DNA of 64,000 nucleotides from Thalia democratica (Eukaryota), in the NCBI GenBank assembly GCA_965202585.1, contig OZ241831.1, positions 17,918,001 to 17,982,000 on the forward strand, read 5' to 3'. The position numbers and the translations under genes are program-made. The notes below the pieces were generated by a model. That model was not told the origin of the DNA and did not search any database. It saw only the letters and a list, made by a program, of their open reading frames with translations. This document shows positions 49,501-61,937 of the stretch, one piece after another. The stretch's first letter is position 1, and every line of letters begins with the position of its first letter.

Positions 49501-50860
49501 TAAGCGCAGCTTTCAAGTACACCTAACACCTTGCTACTCCAAAAAAATTGAGTATGTTGTTTATAAGTACGACGATGGACAATAGATGGTATAAACATTA
49601 CGTGTTTCACTTTATTTTATGAAGTCATAATCAAAAATTCCTAGGTCTTTGTTTTTAAAGTTAATCAATGTGATTGTTGCTAATTCTACAAAACCGGTTA
49701 GAAGACAAGAAACCGAAAAAATTCCTAGAAAAATAAGATCGTTGTCCATACCAATGAAAATTGAAGTTTCACAACAAATCGTTCCCTCCCTTATTAACGA
49801 CCGTGTCATTTTGTCGCTGTGCTAAAGTGACCCTCCGTGTCATTTTGTCGCTGTGCCAAAGTGACCCTCCGTGCCAAAGTGACGCACCGTGCCAAGGTGA
49901 CGTACCGTGTCATTTTGTCGCCGTGACAAAGTGATCCTCTGTGCCAAAGTGACGCACCGTGTCATTTTGTCGCTGTGCCAAAGTGACCCTCCGTGCCAAA
50001 CTGACGCACCGTGTCATTTTGTCGCTGTGCCAAAGTGACGCACCGTGTCTATTTGACGACCGTGTCATTTTGTCGCTGTGTCATTCTGACCCGCTCCCCC
50101 TCGAGCATGTGAATGTGGCCCGCTGAACAAAAGTATATTTTAAGTTATTATTTTTCCGTAATTTAGTTTTATTTAATTAATTTTTTTTTAAGTCCCTGTA
50201 TAAAAGTTTTAAATAATTAAGAGACTTTACTGATTAAGCTTAAAAACGTGAAAAAGACAGATTGGAATTCTAACAGGTTTTTTTTTCTTAGTTTCATAAC
50301 AATTTTCTTCTTACAACAGCAAGTAATTAATAATCTAAAAAAAGATTGTAAAGAGTGCTTGGATTTAGTAAGTTAGTTATTTAATACCTATTTAATAAAT
50401 AAACTAAATACAAATGTTTTCCATTTTGTACAAAACTAATGAACATTAATTAGTATTAACTAAAATGTCATTTCTTTTTAAAAGTTTTGTACACCTAAGT
50501 TTCTTTTATAGATGTTTTATCAATAAATGTTTTATTGAGTGTGCACGAAAACATTTAAAATAACATAATAACAAGAAATAAGGTTTATTTGATTTTGGTT
50601 TTGACACATTTTGATTTTTTAGTAGTTTTCTTTGTACTTTAAATTAATTTCTATGCACATCAATGTAAAAAGATTCTCATATTTTAATCCAATTTTTATT
50701 TAGTACTTAAGTAAGTTTAAGTTTATGCATAATTTTCTTACATTATTGTTTCTACACATAATATCTAAAAGTGTACAGACACATTTAAAACAATATATGT
50801 GACCTAAATTAAGACAGTTTTTGTTAGGTAAACATTTTCATTTTTCAAACAATTTTTTTT
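46598..50860 (+). mobile_element. hAT-Charlie (MER58-like terminus) non-autonomous element, interrupted and 3'-truncated
   Basis: caggggtcggcaaactgcggcccgcg preceded by the target gtctagac. Sequence 50100-50860 is colinear with 58455-59400 of the intact copy. Right TIR not found; right coordinate approximate. Confidence 0.75.
46684..50097. mobile_element. 3.4 kb foldback-type Mutator-like element nested in the hAT element
   Basis: Inverted termini gtcagaatgacacagcgacaaaatgacacgg; inverted arrays of 16/18-bp modules (46690-47215 and 49798-50088); 9-bp TSD cccgcgagc / ccctcgagc. Confidence 0.82.
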
Positions 50861-51239
50861 GGCAAGTCAAGTTATGATGTAAGTTTTTTGTCACTCAAGC
50901 TGGCTTTTTTACTGAATAGAGTGGCAAATTGAACTTATTTAATTTAAGTTTGTTCAATTTAAAAAAATAGTTAAGTATTAACTTATGAAATAAAAAAAAA
51001 ACAATTAAAAACATTGATACAAATTATTTTATTCTTTTTATTTAGTTTAAGTATAGTATTATTTTGGATACAGCTTTATTTTACTATGCAGACCATTTTT
51101 TAATATTGCAGCTTTATTTTTATTTTTCAATGTTTTAGCTTTATTTTTATTTTTCAATGTTTTAGCTTGAATTTATTATTACTTATTTTTTGATAAATTT
51201 GTTTGAAACTATTTTCCGTACATCCCAAGTACTTTAAAC

Positions 51240-51646
51240 CTTGCCCTTTAAACAAGTAATGCCTAATTTTTAATATAATAATAGAGCAACAGTAACATCC
51301 TATAAAGCAACCAAAATTGGGATCTACGGGAAATAGGTTAAAACAAATATATAAGAATCACAAATCTTCATTCAACAACATTAACAAAAGACATACAACA
51401 GAACTAGAAAACTACATTTGGAATTCAAAACATAACAAAACAGACTATAAAAATAAATGGGAGATACTAAACAGGACAAAACCTAACTTTAATACTAAAT
51501 TCGGCTGCAGACTTTGCAACTTAAAAAAGATCGAACACGATAAATCAGAAAAGACCATGACACTAAACAAGAAAAGCGAAAGACAAAGTATATGCATTCA
51601 TTACCATAAAAACTTTTTAGAAATATTAAAACTTACTAAATACTAA
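51240..51646 (+). pseudogene. Penelope-like retroelement GIY-YIG endonuclease remnant
   Basis: CPLNK*CL, YKAT..IGSTGNRLKQIYKNHKSSF..KRHTTELENYIW..KWEIL..CRLCNLKK..LNKKSE..CIH: the GIY-YIG plus C-terminal C/H pattern of PLE ORFs, with stops and frameshifts upstream. Confidence 0.82.
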
Positions 51647-54600
51647 ACCAAAGTAAAATTACGCCGCGAACACGAGCAGTTTATAACATTTTTCTAATAC
51701 AACCTTTCCAAACTTTTTAAAATAGCACAAATTGTTAAAGCAGTAACAAAACAAAAACCAGCGTATTTTTCAAACTTAGCTTACAGCACAAAAACTTTCA
51801 TTATTACACGAGCGTTAACTTAGCTCGATTAGCTTTCTTTTTGCAATTTTTAAAAAATGTCCAAACTTTAGATCCAATTATTTTCCTTATCTTTAAAGCT
51901 AACTGAGATTCTTTTTTTATTCTAGATAACGCTCCTTTGCCTTTAATTAGAAAAAATACATTGGATTGGAGTTTGACTTTTTGAGTTTGGCCCCTTAGAA
52001 AAAAAATGTTTTTTTTTTGATATTTTACTACAATCGATGTTTCAGCCAAAAAATACTAATTTTTATTTTTATTATTTTTTGATATTCTTACTTTGCTGTG
52101 TTTTCAAGGGTGGATGTTTTTTTTTCTAAATTTCTAATTTTTTAATAATATATACAAATATGCCCAATTGTAAATTGCAAAGACCCTCAATTTTCCAACG
52201 GTCACTGTATCAAAGAAAAAAAGTCTTTTTTTAATACACTTTTTAACAATGACTATTTAAATGATGTACGCTTTATTTATCTGAACTATTTTTATGTAAG
52301 ACATGACCCCTGCACGTTTTACTAAAACTGTATTTGAAAATAAAATCCCTCATAGAAAAATATGTGCTTGAATGTCATTTCTGATGTGTGGCAGGAGCTA
52401 GCTAATAACCGTGACAAATCGCGATCTTCTATATACAAAAAACTAAAAGAAAGGGAAAATCAAAACTTTAAGAAAATGAAGCAAAACAGAAATGAGATTT
52501 AAAATATTATTTCTATTTATTTGTTATTGCTGTGGTTTCATTTGCAAACGTTGGACTCAGACTAATACAAAACATTTATACAGATAGCACATAAAGAGAA
52601 AAATAAGACAGACATAGCTATAAAATGAAACAAACAAATTTAGCAAAGTTAAAAACTACCGAAAATATATTTAAGTTATTATTTTCTAAATTACTGTGTT
52701 TATAGTTGCTTTTGTTGTTGTGTATTCGATTTGTGATTAAATTTTTATTTTAAGAACAATACAATAATTGACTTCAGCTAAATAAGCATACGATTTTGGT
52801 TACATAAATGAAGAAAAAAGTTGCTAAATATCATAAAATCACTTCATCACTTGCCTTCCTACAGTTAATTGTCCACTGACCTGCTAAAATTTATTTCGCC
52901 ACTTATTGTAAACCTTGTTGTAATCTGCTCTTTCCTCAACATTTAAGGATATTAACAACTCAAAAACATTTAAAAAAGATAACAAATTGTACTGATTTAA
53001 AACTTCGAAATTTTTTACGAAAAAGTAAACTAAATAAGTCATTTTAAAATATAAAATTACTATAAAATAGTTAGTTAATTTATAACTTTATTTTGAATAA
53101 GTAACTTAAATCTTACTTTTTTCTTCTATATTTCTTTTATTTTTATAAAACGCTTAGAATTTTAATAAACTATTGTCTATATTGTTTATTAATGTAACTG
53201 AAAAATGATGTACTTTAGTAACTTTTAGTTTTTACAATCAAAAGTTATAGTCGAATATTTTTTTGTTTAAAGTATAAATTATTCTTAACTTACTTTGAAA
53301 TACTGCTTGTAATGTCATAAAAACTAAAATATTTCATTTTTGGTACATCTATTTAAAAAAATTAGAAATAAAAGTAGGTAAAAAGGTACTCTTCAGATTT
53401 TAATTTGTTAAGACGATAAAATCTAGCTAAATATTTATTGTGCTAAGGTATCGGTGGGCGACTTAAGATGTGCAAGCCGAATTCAGCCCACTAAGCAGAA
53501 ATATCATGCCTTTTCAATTTAGCTGGATTTTTTGTTTGAGTGAAAATAAATTAAGCTGAGCATTATAGTAACAAAATGGGCTATTGATTAATTCTTCAGT
53601 ACAAAGTGGCGCTTTTTTAATATCTATTTTATTAGACTTTTGTTTTAATGACTGTACTTCTAACTACTGAAATTTATTAGCAAATAATAGAATGTCTATT
53701 TTTAATTTAGCTTTTATAAATTATCTTCTTCGTCAAACAACTTCAACTGTTTCTAAAAATTCTATAAAGCAAGTAACAGTTTAGTTGTAAGTATATAGAC
53801 TTTAGTTCGCGATTTAGATTCTCAGACGTCAAAATAAAATTTTCTTACTTGTCTAACTCTTTATTGTCTTTTTAATTAATTTAAAAAAATACTGTGTTAA
53901 ATTAAGATACTATAAAGAAAACCATACTGTATGCATTAATTAAAAATATAATGAATGACAGACATTAAAGCAGCAAACAAATAATATACTTTTTTCAGCT
54001 ATGATTGAAATCGGAGTATTACAATCGAAATTGTATGTAGTATAATCAGAGGAAATACTTGACTGGGAAAGGATTGGGATGTATGTGATCTGATTGGTAA
54101 AATTTGAGAGGATGGGATAATTTAAGTGGAATTTATAACGAAATTATAAAAATTCGAGAAGGAATAGTTTGGATGGCAATTGTGCGCGGACTAGGTATAA
54201 ACATTCGCCATAAAGTCGTGCTAAATACTGTTTGACTTCATTTTACTGAAAAATTGTTTGTATCATTATTTATAAAAAGCAGAAAAAATTTTGAAAATAT
54301 ACTCCTCTGCTAAAGAGAAATAAGATCCGCTAGGCTAGAAAAATTCTTAGACATTTGATGTAAAAGTGATCATACTTATGTATTTCAAGATAGATTTTTA
54401 AAGTAAATTTTAAAATACATATGTTTAACATTTAAAGATTAGCAGAAAAACTTCAAGTTGTTTTAAAAAAGTACAAAGTATAAATAAAAAACCTAAGTTA
54501 AAATTAAAAACAGAGTCAGTCTGAATCTGTTAATAGGCTCTGTTAACTAAAACTGAATCTGTTAACTAAACTTGAAATAAGTCATGTTGCCATTTTCATA

Positions 54601-55338
54601 ATTTTATTGCATTTTAGTTGTTTAACGTACAAGTGAACAGTTTTATTTTTTGCATACACTTATGACACCTGATTTTTTTTAATGTGACCCTGGACTTAAA
54701 AGCAACAAATGCATCTTATAGTATCATTTATAGTTAGTTTAATTAATAAATCTATATAAATTCTTATTTGTTTTTAATATTGGTCAAATAATATATATGT
54801 ATACTTTATTAAATATGTAACTCATAAAACTAATGTTCAGTTACATTTTATATCACTTTAATAGAATTATAAACTAATATTTGTTTACAAAATTACTTTG
54901 TGTAATACTAGTGAAAAATAAACTAAATAGAATTTATTAAAAACAATTTCTGCTATAAAATTAATAAAAAATTTAAACACAATTTCTATTAAGAATCTAC
55001 ACCTAAAATTTAAATAAATCAACTGACTCTACTCTTTTAAAGTCAATATGTTGTATATTATAATAAACAGGTGCGTTTTTATATCTCAAGTAGTGAGTAT
55101 TATAAAATATTAAAATACCTCATTGAAAATTAAAATCGTACATTACTGAAAATAAACTACACAATTCTAGCAATTATAATTATTTTCAATATACACAAAA
55201 TATATTAGTCTAAAACTTCACTACTTTTACTGCTATGTTCATTAAAAGCTTGAATTGAATGTTCCTAACATATTTTAATCAATTACTTATCTTAAACCAA
55301 TTCGGCGCTAAAGCAACATTATATAATCACAAATAAAG

Positions 55339-55687
55339 TTAATCAGCAGCTTCAACTGATTTCGGCGAATTTTCAGCAGTTGAATCAATTTCCATTTCAG
55401 TAACTTCAACAATGCTCCCATTTTCTTCTTTTTCCAAACTTTTTTCTTTGTGTCCCTCCGAAACCGAGTCACACTTCGCTATTTTCACTTCCTTTTCCTC
55501 GGAATTTCGTGAGGTCTTCTCTTCGCTCGATTCTCGCGCCGATTTTTCCTGCGACTTGTCCCTAGACTTGTCTCGCTTCTTGTCTTTCTTCTTCGACTCC
55601 TTGCTCCTCGAGTCTTTCTTGCTTCTCTTCTTGCTCCTCGATCTCGACCGCTTCCTCTCGTCTTTCTTGCGGTGGCTCGATTTGCTT
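55339..55687 (-). CDS. SREK1: SREK1-like last exon (RS then K/E/S-rich tail, ...PKSVEAAD*)
   Basis: aatcacag|A acceptor (phase 2), open to TAA at 55341-55339; the Glu/Lys-rich tail favours SREK1 over SRSF11. Confidence 0.8.
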
Positions 55688-56651
55688 CTGTGATTTTAGT
55701 TTGTATTTACTTTAGTGATTTTTGTGTAAATTCCAGATTTTTTTAAAAATTTTTTGCTTAAATAGTCAAATTTCAGGTTTTATGGCACCCCTGTCAAAAA
55801 AAAAAAACAAGTTTGCAATACCACAAAAATACCTTATATAAGATTCGATCTGATACGAAGAGACTTTTTTAGAAACTTTGAAAAAATTCCAAAAGAAAAA
55901 TAAAATGACATAAGAAACGACGTTTTGGCTGCAAGTTTTGATACACTAATATCACTAAAACCCCAAAAATTTGTTATCCTTGTACGCAGATTCATGTTAA
56001 AAAACATATTTTAAAGGTTAAGAATACTTTTACTAAAAATTTTTATAAACCTTTTATACAATTATGACATCTAAGATAAAAAAATAAAATTTAAAAATAT
56101 TTCAAAAACTTTTAAATCGTAAAAACAATAATAATTATATGTATTTAAAAACTCAAATTAAAATGAGTGGCGAAGGTAAGTTGTGACGAAGTTATAAATC
56201 TAAAATTAATTCAATTATACACTTCTGATCATAAAGCACACAACACTAAGTAAAAACAAACATAAAAAAAAGTAAAAATGAATGCTTATTTAGCGCAGCT
56301 TCAAAAACTTGCAACTAATTTGCATATATCAAAACAAAATTTCGTTTTTTTAGATATTATTATTTTTAATCTACATCCTTATTTCTAACCCACATTACCC
56401 AAGCATATAACAAATTAAAAAGTAATAATAACAAAAATTTAAAATAACATGAAAATAAATACAAATAATCAATCTTGTTATGATATATGCAAATTAGTAG
56501 TAAGTTTTTGAAGCTACTCCTGATTAAACCTAATGACCATAGACAACTTTAATATAAATGCATATTGCTTTAAAGAAAAATTTCTTCAGCCATTATCAAT
56601 TAAAAGGGGGTTGAACTAATACAACTTATTCTTTCAAAATTTAATCAGTAA

Positions 56652-57625
56652 CAGGGTTGCCACTCTTTGAGCCAAAAAATCTTCATTGAGTGACCAAAAA
56701 TTTCCCTGAGTTTCCCTGAGTATTTTTCAAATCTTAAAGAAAAATTTTCTCTTCTAACACAAATTATTAATACCTCATTCTCATTTGTCTTCTTTAATAA
56801 TAAAAGGAAGGTTGTATGTGTATGCTTCTGCATTAAATTTATGAAAAAAGCTGTTTTAATTTAATTTAATTAAAAACTAAATTTTTGCACAACTTTGTGT
56901 AAACTTGTTAGTTAACTTTCTACATAAAAGAATAAAGTTTAATTTGTTTGACATTTTAATTGACAAAATTTAATTATACTATAATAATAATTTCACATGA
57001 AGAACTCAATTAAATGCACACATAATAACTTCATTATGACTTGTATGTCTTTCCTAATAAGTAATACAACACTAATCTGTATTCATTTTAATTTTTTTTA
57101 CTGAAAACAAGTAGTTGTAAACAAGTAACAAATAACTTTATTATTTAAAAAATAAGAACTAATAGTACAACATAGTGTTTTTTAAACTACATAAGTAACT
57201 AAAAATAAAAAGTTTATTAGAACTTTTCAATGAATAGTTAATAACAACTTTCATTTCTCTAAACTGTTTGATTTTACTTAAGTAAATATAAATTTAAAAC
57301 TTAAAAAAACTACAATGTTAATACTAAGAACATTGAAGAACTAGCCGCAAGGCTAAAAAAATTCTAAATAACCACTTAAATAATAAAAATTACTACTTTT
57401 GAACAAAATATTGAAACTGGATTAACTAAACCTCATTCTAGATCTAGAAAATAATTTCCCTGAGATTTTCAAAAATTTCCCTGAAATTTAGAGAAAAAAT
57501 CAAAACTTCCCTGAGTTTCCCTGAGTTAAAAGAAAAATTCCAAAATTCCCTGAGTTTCCTGAGATTTTCTACAGTTTGAAAATTCCCTGAGATTCCCTGA
57601 GTTCCCTGAGTGTATGGCAACCCTG
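56652..57625. mobile_element. CAGGGTTGCCA-ended MITE (974 bp) with TTCCCTGAG subterminal arrays, in SREK1 intron
   Basis: TIR cagggttgcca / tggcaaccctg; perfect 6-bp TSD cagtaa; about 2 motif copies on the left and about 8 on the right. Confidence 0.85.
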
Positions 57626-58004
57626 CAGTAAACTAAAGTTTGCTTAATGAGCCATGAGTACTTAAATCAAATTCTGAAAAGATATGTTTAAAGGTCATGG
57701 AAAAATCTGGTATGTAAACAAAAAACTTGAAGGAGATGAACTTATTTTATAATCTTGAACAACGGAGATTTAAATTTTTCACATTATCCTTGTTTAAAAT
57801 TGAACTTGTTTTTTTTTAACTTGAACACACTACTTAAATCACACAAATGTTGCTACAGATCTAATTACCTGTAAGATATAAAACTATTAGATTTGTACTT
57901 AAATACTTTCTTATTTTTTTTTTTTTTTGCTTATTATTAATTACTAAACAGATGGTACAGCTAAACTATGTTTAATAAATAAAACATTTATTCAATTTTT
58001 AAAC

Positions 58005-58247
58005 TTTTTTCGTGGTGACCGAGACCTTTTGCGTGACCTGGATCTTGACCTGCTTCGTTTACGTTTTTTATCACGTGATCTGCTTCGTCTATCACGTGAC
58101 CTGCTTCTTTTACGTGACCTGCTTCTTTTACGTGATCTACTTCTTTTGCGAGACCTACTTCTTTTGCGAGATCTACTTTTTTTACGAGACCTACTTCTTT
58201 TACGAGACCTACTTTTGCGTTTACGTTCTTTGCTTCTGCTTCTGCGA
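58005..58247 (-). CDS. SREK1: SREK1-like RS-domain exon built from 18-nt RKRSRS repeats
   Basis: ttttaacag|T acceptor (phase 2), AA|gtttaa donor (phase 2, matching the last exon); 243 nt of RS dipeptides. Confidence 0.82.
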
Positions 58248-58321
58248 CTGTTAAAATAAGTTTAATAAATTATTTACTTAGTCTATATCTAAACTTGTAA
58301 AAATATATATACAGCCTAAAA

Positions 58322-60885
58322 CAGGGGGTCGGTAAACTGCGGCCCCTGAAGGGTAAATCTGCGGCTCGCGAACAAGCTAATTTTTTGAATGGAATGCGGC
58401 CCGCGAAATAAAATAATGTATAAATAATAAATAATAATAAATAAAATAATGTGGCCCGTGAGCATGTAAATTTGCCTGCTGAACAAAACTATATTATTAG
58501 TTGTTTTTTTTTCAGTAATTAGCTGTAATTAGTTTAATATTGTTTAAAGTCCCTGTGTATAACATTTCAAAACCACTTTAAGCTTTCACTGTTTAGGCTT
58601 AAAATGTTAAGAAAACAGATTAGCGTTCTTGCAGTATTTCTTCTCAGTTTCGATAACAACTTTCTTTTTACGATAGCAGCTGCAGAACATAAACAAAGTT
58701 TTAATAGTACTTGGATTCAGTAAGTTATTTATGTAAAACTTAGTAAATAAATAGACTAAACGCAAATGGTTTCTATGTGTACAGAAGTAATTCACAGAAG
58801 TTAACTAAAACATCAGTCCTTTATAATTTACGTATTTTTTAAAATGTAATCTTTATTATATTTTCTCTTATAGATGTTTTATCATTATATACTATATTGA
58901 AATGTACACAATAACATTTTAAACAATATAATGAAAAATAAAATGAAAAATATCAGGTGTAACAGTTTATTTTGTTTTGGTTTTAACACATTTTGAATTT
59001 TCTTATAAATTATCTGTGTATTTTAAGTAAAAATTTATTCACTTCAATATACACGTACACAAACGCTCATTTTTTGAACAACTTTTTAATTAATTAATTT
59101 AATTTAGAATAAGTGTACTAAGAACGTTTCAAAGAAAAAAATTGACATGAGGTAAAACAGATTTTTGTTCAGAATACAAATTTTTTTAATAAAATTTTCT
59201 GTGCACATTAAATTAATTACTATGCACACTAATGTACACATATGCTTGTTATCAGAACCATTTTTAAACTTATACTAAGGCTAGATTAAGTGTAAATTAC
59301 TTGAAACTTTCTAACATAACTGTTTCTACATATAGTATTTAAGTGGGTACAGACACAGTTATAACAATATATGACATAAGTTAAAATAGTTTTTTGTTCA
59401 GTATACACTTTCATTTAAAAAAAATTCTTTGTTATTTATATTTAGTTATATTAGAAGCATCGCAAACTAATCAATCAGAAGGATCACGTATGATCTTTTT
59501 TGGCACTACCTACACAATGTGTGATTAATTAAGGGATGTTAGATTTATTAAGTTTGTACATTGTTAATAAAAATAGTTTAAATTGAAGCAAATAAACAAG
59601 TAAAAATTGCCACATACTCAGACTATGTCAAGTTGCCTTAATTCATGTTTCTAATGAGTTTTGTCGTTACTGATGATAATCATGTGCTTTGTTAAATTTG
59701 ACTTAAGCAATTTGGTATTTGCAATAACTACTAACTAAACATTTGTAATTCTTATAATTTGTTTTAAATTTTTCATTTACTCTTTTATAAACGTAAGATT
59801 TTAATTACAGATAAAGCAGTAAAAAATTGCCATAATGCTCAATAAAAAAAGATTTCTTTTCTATTGATGGCTTAATAAATGTTTATACTTTAAAAAAAAT
59901 ATTTTAGAAAATTATCTGTCGTTTTAAAGCTGACTTATGATAATTATTTGTTGTGCTTTTATGGTGTTTATTCATTTTAATGTTACTAAACTTCGTTATT
60001 AGATTATTTTGTGAACTATATTTTAAGCAGAGTTGCTAAGTAAACAGACTAAGAGTGTGTAAAATTTTTATTTCAATTTGTTGGAGTATTTTTTCGAATT
60101 CTCAGAATAGTTTAGGATTGTAGTTTTTAAATTGTTATTTTTTCTAGTCTAGCTACATATTATGTACTTTTTTTATGACGATGATAGTTTAGGTATTTAA
60201 ACTTGATTAACAAAAGGTTTCCCAGTTTTTGGCGTTTCAAACTTTTATTAAACTTAGGCTGATTTGCTGTAACTCAGGTATTTTTGCTTTAAAATTTGGC
60301 AACCTTGTTTGATTATTAATGAAGTATCTTATAAAAGTATTTAAGCATTAATTATATTTTAAAATTATTTTAGCATTTTAAAATACAAAAAGATATGAGT
60401 TTATTTTAGTTAACTAATTAAGATTACTTAGTTTTTTTTTTTGCAAAAGTGCAAGTTATTTAACACACAGAGATTGTTTGAATAATTAATATATAAAAAA
60501 CATGAAAAAGTTGATGATTGTATAAAAAATGTATAAAAATTACACATAAATGTTTTTTAAGCTTTGTGTTTATAGAAAGTTGGGTGGTAACTAAAAATAA
60601 ACTATCAAGTTAAAGTTAGTAAACGTTTAACATAGTAGATAGTTTAATAAAACTTAAGTATATTAGATGTAAATTTTATTCCTATAAATATGTCTAATTT
60701 AAATAAGATATCTAAGTGTAACTAAAAGTCATTTAAGTTATACAGCAAATAAAATAAAACTTTTTTTTTTGTTAGTGACTAAAACTAAAACAAATAGTTT
60801 ATAAAAATGTAACTAAAACTGCAGCCCGCGAAGATTTTAGAATTTGAAATTTAGTCCACCAGCACCAACTGCCTGCCGACCCCTG
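58322..60885 (+). mobile_element. 2.56 kb non-autonomous hAT-Charlie element in SREK1 intron
   Basis: Termini cagggggtcgg / gccgacccctg; 8-bp TSD gcctaaaa / gactaaaa; repeated gcggcccgcga subterminal motifs; no intact transposase ORF. Confidence 0.85.
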
Positions 60886-60939
60886 GACTAAAACAAAAGT
60901 TTCACCTATATAAAAATTTTTGCAAGACTTACACTTTTT

Positions 60940-61278
60940 CAGGGTTGTCAAAGGTTTTATTTATAATTTTTTTACAGATTATAAAAACAATTCCTAGGCC
61001 CATTTTTAGTAAAAAATCAAACTTAGGTTGAAAAAACAGTCTTAAATAGTGTAACACCTATAAAAATATTCTGTAAAGCTACTTTAATAGTGTTTTTTAA
61101 CAAAGAAAATTAATGATACAAAAATATTTTGATTTTTATGATAGGTTTTTCATATATAATCGAAATTTCGTTACTTTACATGTAAGAATAGTTTAAAATT
61201 CCAGGGTTTTCCTGTTTTTTTTTTCAAAATGTCTCAAATCAAGGTTTTTCAGGACTCCAGGTTTTTTTTGCAACCCTG
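60940..61278. mobile_element. CAGGGTTG-ended MITE (uninterrupted relative of 6064-6981)
   Basis: cagggttgtca / tgcaaccctg; the internal gtcttaaatagt..gtaaagctacttta..gtgttttttaa block is shared with 6771-6860; TSD degenerate. Confidence 0.75.
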
Positions 61279-61732
61279 TTCTTTATGTTTTTAAAATTTC
61301 AGTTTATATCTAAATAATACTTAAGTATTAATTTTATATTCTAATTATTTTAGTAAGAAATTTTTTGATTAATTAAAATAACCTTACTAATAATAAACAA
61401 TTTGAACCTTTTTAGAATATAACGGTATCAAAGTCTATATTATATTCTTATTAACTGTTAATATGTAGTGAGCTTAATCACTTCAATTATTATGATTCAG
61501 ATTAAAAAAAAACTGTCTTAAACTTCATTGTTATCTAAGGGCGCTGAAAAACACAGGCACACAAAATTAATGCGGGAATTTATTATTATAGTTGCGACTA
61601 TAACTAGAATTGAACGCAGAAACGTCGAAGAAAACCGAACTTCCATCGTTAGAGAATATAATTTTCAAAAGCACCCCTGGTTCCATTTCAACACTACGTG
61701 CTGCATTTAAGTTATGCTTTAAAACAACAAAC

Positions 61733-61868
61733 CGTTTATCCCGCGACCGGCGCCTGCTCCTCGACCTCTTTCTCCTCGAGCTCCTGTCTTTGCTTCTCGA
61801 ACGCCTTCTCCTGTCTCTCGATCGTGATCTCGATCGCAGCATCTTTGCTCGCTCCTTGGCCAGTTTGG
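61733..61868 (-). CDS. SREK1: SREK1-like exon (AKLAKERAKMLRSRSRSRDRRRRSRSKDR...RDKR)
   Basis: tgttgcag|CC acceptor (phase 1), CG|gtttgt donor (phase 2). Confidence 0.82.
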
Positions 61869-61937
61869 CTGCAACAAAATTTACAATTGAATTTCAGATT
61901 ATAAAAATAGTAATTGAACATTGAGTGAATCTACCAC

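Noticed and set aside
54000-54240. Purine-rich, GC-richer segment that might be a coding remnant
   Set aside because: All frames are interrupted and no recognisable motif was found; possibly a decayed retroelement but unsupported.
58607-58800. Possible hAT transposase N-terminal (BED finger) remnant
   Set aside because: Only a vague resemblance (QSFNSTW, MCTEVI) across stops and frameshifts; cannot be supported without an HMM search.
55412-61924. Plus-strand Leu/Asp/Arg-rich ORFs (55412-55693, 58012-58259, 61610-61924)
   Set aside because: They are antisense shadows of SREK1 RS and EK codons; the RDLLLL repeats mirror RKRSRS.
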